Translations under genes and position numbers: made by a program
Notes under the pieces: generated by a model
What the model saw: the letters and a program-made list of their open reading frames with translations, nothing else
Databases searched by the model: none
What the model was told of the DNA's origin: nothing
Source: Horticoccus luteus
GTDB taxonomy: Bacteria; Verrucomicrobiota; Verrucomicrobiia; Opitutales; Opitutaceae
DNA length: 32,000 nt
Direction of reading: 5' to 3'
NCBI RefSeq assembly: GCF_019464535.1
Contig: NZ_CP080507.1
Span: forward strand, 3,390,001 to 3,422,000
Shown here: positions 12,001 to 21,000 of the stretch, one piece after another
Numbering within the stretch: the stretch's first letter is position 1
Layout: each line of letters begins with the position of its first letter

Positions 12001-15000
12001 AGCTCCATTCGTCGCCGTAATTCACTTCGACGGTGATGTCTTCGGCGCGGACTGTGAACCAATCGCCGAAGCCATAGGTGCCGACTTCCGCCGCCGTAAT
12101 CTTCAGCGCATACATTCGCGGGACGTCGATGCCCAAGACCGATTCGGCGTTAAAGATGCCCAAGCCCACGTCGACATCGCGCATGCCGAAGCCGATGAGA
12201 TCTTGATCCGCAAAGTCCTTGGAAAAGTCGGGGGTGCCGTAGCCGATGAAGACGCTGACGTTCGATGCGCCAATAGTGATAGCGCTGACGGCGACGTTGT
12301 GCAGCGTCGCGAGATCGCTGGAGAAGTCGGGTTTCAGGAAAGCGGGCAGCTTTATAATCTGATCCAGCAAAGCGCTGAGCGAGTCGCCCGCGAGATCCGT
12401 GAGATTGCCCGGGAAACCGGTGGCAACGTCGACTTCGTGCCGATCGCCAAAATTGAAGGCGAAGTCGCCTTGCAGATGCACAAACCCTCCGAGGTTCAAC
12501 GTCAAATCCGGTATCTCCAACAGCCCGGTGAGCGAGAACCCAAAGTCGGGATCAAATCCGATGGAAAGATTGAGGTTCTTGAGGAAGTCGAATGCGCCCT
12601 TCAAGAAATCGAGCGAGTCCGGCAAATCGCCCAAAAGATCGCCCAAGCCTGCCAGGCTCAGTCGCGGCAACCCGCCCAGATCCAAAGAGAACGAAAAACT
12701 GAAGCTGCCGCTGATGGTGAAGAGCCCGAGCAAACCGAGGTTACCGAGTCCAATATCCAACGAAAGCAGGTTCGTATTGAAATCGATGTCCAGGTTCAGG
12801 CCCGGCAGCGAGAAACTGAGTCCGCCAAACGAGGAGAAATCGACATAGAATCCCGGCAGTTTGCCGACATTCAGAGAGAAGGAGATATCGAAGGCGCTCA
12901 GGCTCAGCCAGTCCGAGATGTCAAAGGATCCCAGACCCGGAATATTGGCCACGCCCACCAATGCCGCCGAGCCCACGTGCGCGGTAAACGCGTAGAATTG
13001 CATGTTGGTGATGTTCACCACGCCGCCGAGCGACGGCGTCACAATGGCCAACGCGAAACTCAGGTCGCCGATCGCCAGACCCAGCGCTCCGCTGGCGACG
13101 TGCCCGCCAATGTTATCCGTCCAATATGGCCCGCCGATGCCCGCGAACGCGTAAACATGGGAGGCAGAGATCGTGAGGACTTCCGCGGCCGCTTGCACCA
13201 CGATCGGACCGGCATGGAAATCGACCAGCGAAATGGTCTGCTTCTCAAACGCGAACGCGCCTTGCACGCTGACGAATTGCGAGAGCGTCAGGCGCGCGTA
13301 GGTGGTTTGCGCCAGAATCCGGCTGTTTGTATAGTCGATTACGACGGTGTTTGCCCCGATGGTAAGTTGCAGCCCGGCCGGATCGGTGCCGTTGGCCGGG
13401 AAGCTGGTGGCAAAATTCACCGCGGTGCCGAGCGGACCCGTGTTCACCTCGACGGTGATGTCTTGGATCGTGAGATCGAACAAATCGGCACCGAAGCCGA
13501 CGAACCCGATCTGCGTAGCCGTGGCTTTCATCGCCACATAGGTCTGATTCCCCACCACCGTCTTCATCACGACCAACGCCAGATTAAGATCGTCGATAAC
13601 AAAACCAACCGCGGCATCATTTACTGTGCCGTCCGCGTTGCGGTAAGGGCCATCTACGCCCACGAACGCCTCCGCATTTTCAATGACGAGCGTGAGAGTG
13701 TTTACCGGCACGTCATGCAGCGTGCCCAGCGTGCCGCCCACGATGTCGACGTTGGCTTTCTCCCCCTGCGAGAAGGCCACGTCGGCCTTCAAATAGACAA
13801 ACCCTGCCACGTTGAGGGTCGCATCCTCCACCGAGCCGCCGATGACGGCTGTCGTGAAATCCAGCACCACCGACGCACCGCCCGTCCGAATTTCGAGGCC
13901 GGGAGGGCCCACGCTATTCGGGAAACTGGTGGCGAAGTTGATTACCGCGCCCAACGGGTTGTTGGATTGATTAAGCTGAGCGGTGATGTTTCCGGCCGAA
14001 AGCTGGAAGACGTCGGGATCGAAACCATAGAGCGCGACCGACGCCGCGGACAACTTCATCGCCGTATAGGTAAAACCGCCGGCCTTGATCTGCGTGAGAC
14101 CGAAACTCACACCCTCAACTCCGAACCCGTAAAGAGTGTCAGCCTGCTGGGCGAATGTTTTGGCGGGGTCGATCTGCCCATCGATATACCCGACAAACGC
14201 ACTGATATCGCTCCCTCCGACGCTGAAACCATCCGCCGCACCCAACGGGAGCGAGAGGCTGGACTTAAGCGCAGTCGCACCATACGAAGCCTTTTCGAAG
14301 CCGATGCCGCCCCGGAAGTAAAAGAACCGATAGACCGTCAGCACGGCTTCGCCGGCGAAGATTCCCAAACGTTCACCGGAAGTGTAATCGAGCGTCACAT
14401 CGTCGCCCCCGGTGCGGACGGTCAGCCCGCCGTCTGCGAAACTCTTGGTGAAATCGAGTGCCTTGCCCTGCAAGGTGCTTTGGTTGACCTCCACATCCAC
14501 ATCAGTCGCGGAGATCTGCATGATCTCGTCGTCGATGCCGTAGATTTTCATCGTATCGGCGTGCGCTTTGACCGCGGTGTAAGTCTGCCCGCCGGCCTTG
14601 ATTTGCACGACCGCAAAGGAAACCCCTTCGACTCCAAATCCGTAGAGATTATCCTTCTGTTCCTCAAAGCTCTTCGTGGAATCAATTGCGGTCGTGGCAT
14701 AACCCACGAACGCACTGATATTGCTGCCTCCAATGGTAAACCCGCTTCCACTTCCGATGATCGGCAGCCCGTTGTTGAGCGAATTCGCCGACACCGCGAA
14801 CTTCTCGAAACCCAAGCTGCCGCGGAAGTAGACGAAACGATAAATGGTCAGCAAAGCCTCGCCGGTAAATATCCCCAGCCGTTCGCCCGCATCGTAATTG
14901 ATTACCACATCGTCGCCGCCGGTGCGGACCGTGAGACCGGCGGTCCCAAAGCTGGCGCCGAAATCGAGACCTTTGCCGGCCACGGTGCTTTGGTTGACCT

Positions 15001-18000
15001 CGAGATTCACATCGCTCGCCGAAATCTGGAAAATTTCCGGATCGATGCCGTAAATCTTCATCGTATCGGCGTGCGCCTTCACCGCAGTGTAGGTCTGTCC
15101 GCCGGCTTGGATCTGCACCATGCCGAATGAGACACCTTCAACGCCAAAGCCGTAGAGATTGTCCTTCTGCTCGTCGAACGTTTTGGCGGAATCGATGGTT
15201 GTCGTGGCGTAGCCGACGAACACGTCAATATTACTGCCACCGATCGTGAAGCCCTGGCCGCTTCCGGCAATCGGCAGACCGTTGTCGAGCGTGCCTGCCG
15301 CCGTCGTGAATTTCTCAAAACCGAGACTGCCGCGGAAATAGACAAACCGGTAAACCGTCAGCAGCGCCTCCCCTACGAAGACACCGAGCCGTTCGCCCGC
15401 ACCATAATCGAGCACAATGTCGTCCCCTCCCGTGCGCACGGTAAGTCCGTCCGTGCCGAAACTCGCTCCGAAGTCCAATGCCTTGCCGACGACGGTGCTT
15501 TGGTTGACCTCGAGATTCACATCGCTCGCCGAAATCTGGAAGATTTCCGGATCGATGCCGTAAATCTTCATCGTATCGGCGTGCGCCTTCACCGCCGTGT
15601 AGGTCTGCCCGCCCGCTTCGATCTGCACCATGCCAAACGAAACGCCTTCGACACCAAAACCGTAGAGATTGTCCTTCTGCTCGTCGAACGTCTTGGCGGA
15701 GTCGATGGCTGTGGTGGCGTAGCCGACGAACACGTCAATGTTGCTGCCCCCGATCGTAAAGCCTTGGCCGCTTCCGGCAATCGGCAGACCGTTGTCGAGC
15801 GTCCCCGCCGCCGTCGTGAATTTCTCAAAACCGAGACTGCCGCGGAAATAGACAAACCGGTAGACCGTCAGCAGCGCCTCCCCTACGAAGACGCCGAGCC
15901 GTTCGCCCGCATCATAGTCGATGATCACATCGTCCCCGCCGGTGCGGACCGTCAGTCCATCCGTGCCGAAGCTCGTTTTGAAATCGAGGGCCTTGGTCGG
16001 CACGGTGCTGCGATTGACCTCGATATTAACGTCGGTGGCTGAGAGCTGAAAATATTCGGCATCGATCCCATACAACGCGACCGTGTCGGCATGCGCCCGG
16101 ACCGCCGTATAGGTGGCTCCGGCAGCTTGAATTTGCACCACCGCAAAGTCGACACCCTCGACACCGAAGCCGTAAAGGTGATCGGCTTGATCCGCGAACG
16201 ACAGCGCAGGATTGATCGGTTGGCTGGCATAGCCGACAAAGGCACTGATATTGCTTCCGCCGATCGTGAAGCCCTGACCAGCCGAGGTAATCGGCAGGCC
16301 GTTGTCGAGCGTGTTCGCGGCGACGGTGAACTTCTCAAAACCAAGGCTTCCGCTGAAATAGACGAATCGATAGATCGACAGGAGCGCAGATCCTGCGAAC
16401 ACGCCCAACCGCTCAGTATTATCATAAGTCAACGAAACAGGTGTGCCGCCCGTGCGCACCGTCAGCCCATCGGCCCCGAAGCTCTTTATAAAGTCGAGGG
16501 CCTTGCCCGGCACTGAGCTGTTGTTGACCTCAATATTGACGTCACTGGCCGACAATTGAAATATTTCCGGGTCGATACCGTAAAGTTTGACCGTATCCGC
16601 GTGCGCCGAGACTGCCGTATAGGTCTGGCCGCCCGCCGTCACCTTCACCATGCCGAAGTCCACATTTTCGACGCCAAATCCGTAGAGATTGGCCGCTTGA
16701 TCGGCGAAAGACTGATCGCGATCCACGCCACCGCTCGCATAACCGACAAAGAGATCAACGCCACTTCCCCCGATGGCGAATCCTTGCCCCGCGCCGGCGA
16801 TCGGATTCCCATTATCAAGTGTGCCGGCTTCATATGTCGCCTTTTCGATGCCAATGCTGCCTCGGACGTAGACGAAGCTCGAAATGCTCAACGTGGCGGT
16901 CTCCGCAAAGAGTCCAAGCCGCTCTCCCCCGGTGTAATCAAATATTGCATCGTTGCCGCCTGTGCGGACTGACAAGCCGCCATCAGCCGCGAAGGTTGTC
17001 GCAAAATCGATGGTCGGCGCACCTTTCACGCCGCCTTGATTCACTTCCACGGTGACATTCTCGAAAGACAGATCGAAGTCGGATGGGTCAAAACCGTAAA
17101 CCGCCACGCTGGCGGCGCTCGCTTTGAGTGCTGTATAGTTTTTCCCGCCGGCCTTTACTTCCAAAAGCGCGAAGTCCACCCCTTCGACTCCAAAACCATA
17201 TAGATTCGAACGTTGGTCGCTAAATGATTGGTCGGCATCAACGCCACCCGTTGCATAACCGACAAACGCCGAGACGTTGCTGCCCGTGATCGCGAGAACG
17301 CTTTCGGTGGTGGCAGTCGTGCCATCCGAAAGCGTCAGCTCATCGGCGGGCGTCGTTTGCTCAAAGCCGATCCTGCCGCGGAAATAGAGAAAGTCGAACA
17401 GCTCGAGTTGCACGTCGGCGGACGCGCGGGTGAGTTGCCCCCGCGATCCATCAGTCGAGATCGCGAAGGTCGAGCCAACACCTGTCAGCACGTCTAGCGG
17501 CGTGGCCGAAAAATCCAGCACCGTGGTGTTCGCGACGGCCGAAGCATCCGTTCCGGACGCTCGGTTGATTTCCAATTCCAGCTCGGTAACTGCCACTGTG
17601 ACGCCGAAATTCTCAAAGCCTGTGGCAGTGATGCTGGCCGCGGTGGCCCCCAAAGTTGTCCACGTCCGATGATCTCCTGATGTCGCCGCCCCCGTCGGAG
17701 TGAAGAGTCCGAGCCCGAAATTGAGATCCGTGACCTCAAAACCAATCGCATCCGGTGTGCCGCCGTTGATGCCGACAAACGCGTTCAAACCATGGCCACC
17801 GATCGTTAGCATATCAACCGCGACGGAGGTCTTGTCCGCGTCCGCGAGCGTCACCGTTGTGGCTTTCTTCTCGATCGCCATCTCGCCGTTCAGCGACGCG
17901 AATCCGAAGAGGTCGATTTTAAGATTTCCTGTCGCTCGGAGGAGGTCGCCATCGGCGCCGGCGAACTCAAGCGCCATCGTCGTGGTCGACCCGGTTTTTA

Positions 18001-21000
18001 CCTCGATAGGATCGGTGCTAAAATCGATTACGTTGGCGGAGGCGTCGTCGAGAAGGCCGAGCTGGGTGTTGATTTCGACTTCGATGGAATCAGCTGAAAG
18101 CGTGAGACCAGCGACACCGACGAAGCCGACCGAATCCGCGGTCGCATGAAGCGCGAGCCAACGCGAGGCAGTGTCCGTGGCGTTGGCGACCTTCTCGGTG
18201 AAGATGCCCAACGCAAAGTCGACGCCGGTTAAACTGAGTCCGAGCTTACCCGGCGTTCCGCCATTGATACCGGCGAACGCCGAGAGTCCGCTGCCGCCAA
18301 TCGTCATGGCTCGCACATCGACTTCGGTGTCGTCCGCCAGTTTGACTGTGGTCGCGGCCTCGCGGATCGCGAGCGACCCGCTGACCTCGAAGAAGTCGCT
18401 CACGCGCAGGAGAATGTCGCCGCTGAGTTCCAATAGTTGGCCAACATTGCCCGCCATCGTCAGGTCGATCGTTGTGCCGTCGCCCGTCAGCACGCTTAAC
18501 GCGTCGGTGTGGTAATCAATCACCTTCGAATCGGCGTCGTCGCTGGGGGATACGCCTGACACGCGATTGACGGAGAGTGCGATGTTCGACGCGGTGATCG
18601 CGAAATCCGGAATGCCGACCAGACCAATGCTCGCGGCCGTCGCCGTCAGACTGGTCCACGCCAGGCCCGCGCCTCCGGTTTCAGAAGCATCTGGCGTGAA
18701 CAGAGCCAAGCCGAAGGTGAGGTCGTTGAGACTGAAGCCGACCGCTCCTGCGTTGCTGGCCGGACCGTTCACTCCCACAAACGTGGTGATGCCGTGCCCG
18801 CCGATCGTCAGCACCGTGGTGCTGACTGTCGTGCCGTCCGCGAGGGTGACCGCCTGCGGCTTGCTTTCGATCGCAATGCTACCGCTTAAGAACACGAAGT
18901 TCGCCACCGCAATTTCCGCTTGTCCCACCACGACGCGGACCAGGCGATCACTAAAATCGATGAGCACCGGCGATCCACCCGTCGGCACCGACAAACCACC
19001 GCCGGTCATCTGGCTGAAATCACCCGCGGTTACGAGGCCGGCCGGATCTTTAGCCACGTTTACTTCCACCGTGATGTTCGACGCTGTCAGCGTGAGCACG
19101 TCTTCGAAACCGATAAACGCCGCCGCGGCCGCCGAGATTTTGAGTGCCACATAGGTGACCGGTTGGGCGACGCCCGTTTGCTTCAGCAGTGCCAGGCCGA
19201 ACGTAACATCGCCGATCGCCAGACCCGCCGCGCCGCTCGTCGTATGGCCGCCGGCGCTGTCGGTCCAATATGGACCACCGGTGCCGGCAAAGAGATGCAA
19301 ATGCGAGCCGCCAATTGTCACCACATCAAGATCGCGCGAGCCGCCGTCGGACAACGACTCGACCACAGGGACGCCGCTTTCGAAGGCGAAGCCGCCGCGG
19401 AGATACACGAAGCCCGCAACTTGGATCAAGGCATCACCAATCGTCACGCTCGCAAACCCGTGATCGAAATCGATGGCGATAGGTGCGGCGCCCGTCTCCA
19501 CCGTCAATGCGCCGTCCGCGAGCCCCATCGCCGTGAAGTCGCCCGCGGTGACCGCGCCGGACGCGTTGCTGGCCTTGTTTACGCCCACCGAAATATCGGT
19601 CGCGGAAATTTTGAGTATATCGTCCAACCCCACGAGGCTGGCGCTCCCGGCGGTGAGCTTCATGGCAAAGTATTTGACCGGATCGGCCACCGCGCCGGAT
19701 TCGCGCAAGAGCGCCAATCCGACGCTGAGGTTGCCGATGGCGATGCCGATGGCCCCGTCCGCTGCCGGCGTGTCGTGCGTATCAACCACGCCATCGTTGT
19801 TGCTATCGACCCAATACGGCCCGCCCAAGCCGGCGAACACGTAGACGTTCGCTGCGCCGATCGTCAGAACATCGAGGTCGCGCGTGCCGCCCCCGGCCAG
19901 TGTTTCCGTAACGGATTGACCTTTCGTGAACGCGATCGCGCCGCGCACGTAGATGAAGCTGGAGACTTGGATGAGCGCATCGGCGACGCTCACCTGCAAA
20001 AGAGCCTCTGCATAATCAAGTGCGATGGTGCCCGCCCCCGTCGCAACGGCGAAGCCCGCGTTACTATTATATAGAGAGAGATTCACCGCGGCCACGGAAT
20101 CTGTGGTCGACGGGTCGGCGGCGCGATTGGCCTGCACGGTCACGCCTCGCAGCGTCACAGTCACCATCGACTCGACGCCCACTAACGCCGCTGATGCAGC
20201 GGAGACCTTGAGGGCGAGGTAGCGTGCGGTGTCGGCGGTGTCGACGGGCCGCATCGCCAGAACCGCGAAAGAAACATCGCCCAACGCCAAGCCGACCGCC
20301 GGACCCGCGAGCGGCGTATCATTGCCGTCGATGACGCCATTGGCATCTGAGTCGGACCAGTAGGGGCCGCCGACGCCGGCAAACACATGAACATTCGCGC
20401 CGCCGACTTGCAGCGTTTCGACGTTTTTGGTCGATCCATCGGTCAGGGTTACAGTCGTCGTCACGCCTTGGGTGAAAGCGAAGGAACCACTCAGGTAGAC
20501 GAAGTCGGCAATGCGGAGTGTTCCCCCGGTAATGCTCGCGCTCGTCGTGCGTTCGGAAAAGTCGAGCGTCACCGTTTCGCCGCCCACCGCGACTGCCAAG
20601 CCGCCCCCAGCCATTTGGGTGAAGTCGATTACGGGGGCCGGAGTCGCTTCGGTTGCAGCGGCGGAATGAGCGGTATTAATAGCGAGATCGACGCCGGTCG
20701 TGCTCAGTTCGACATCAGAGAAACCGACCAACGCCGCCGTGCCCGCGTGGGCCTTGAGGGCAACGTAGGTCGAAGTGTCAGCCTGGTCCGTGGGCGTAAA
20801 CCACGCAAAGGCGACGTTCACGCCGGACAACGCCAAGCCCACCGCGCCTTTGTCCGGAGTGTCGGCGCCATCGATCACACCATCGTGGTTAGAGTCCTGC
20901 CAATATGGCCCGCCGGTGCCGACGAACAGATTTACATTCGCCGCCGAAACCGTGATGGCCTCCACCTGTTTGGGCGAGCCATCAACGTTAACGGAGAGGA

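Noticed and set aside
13802-17392. The regular 510-bp repeats as a possible CRISPR array, satellite or mobile-element remnant
   Set aside because: The period is a multiple of 3. The units are contiguous without spacers. They stay in the giant reading frame and encode a conserved protein module. No terminal inverted repeats or transposase are present.
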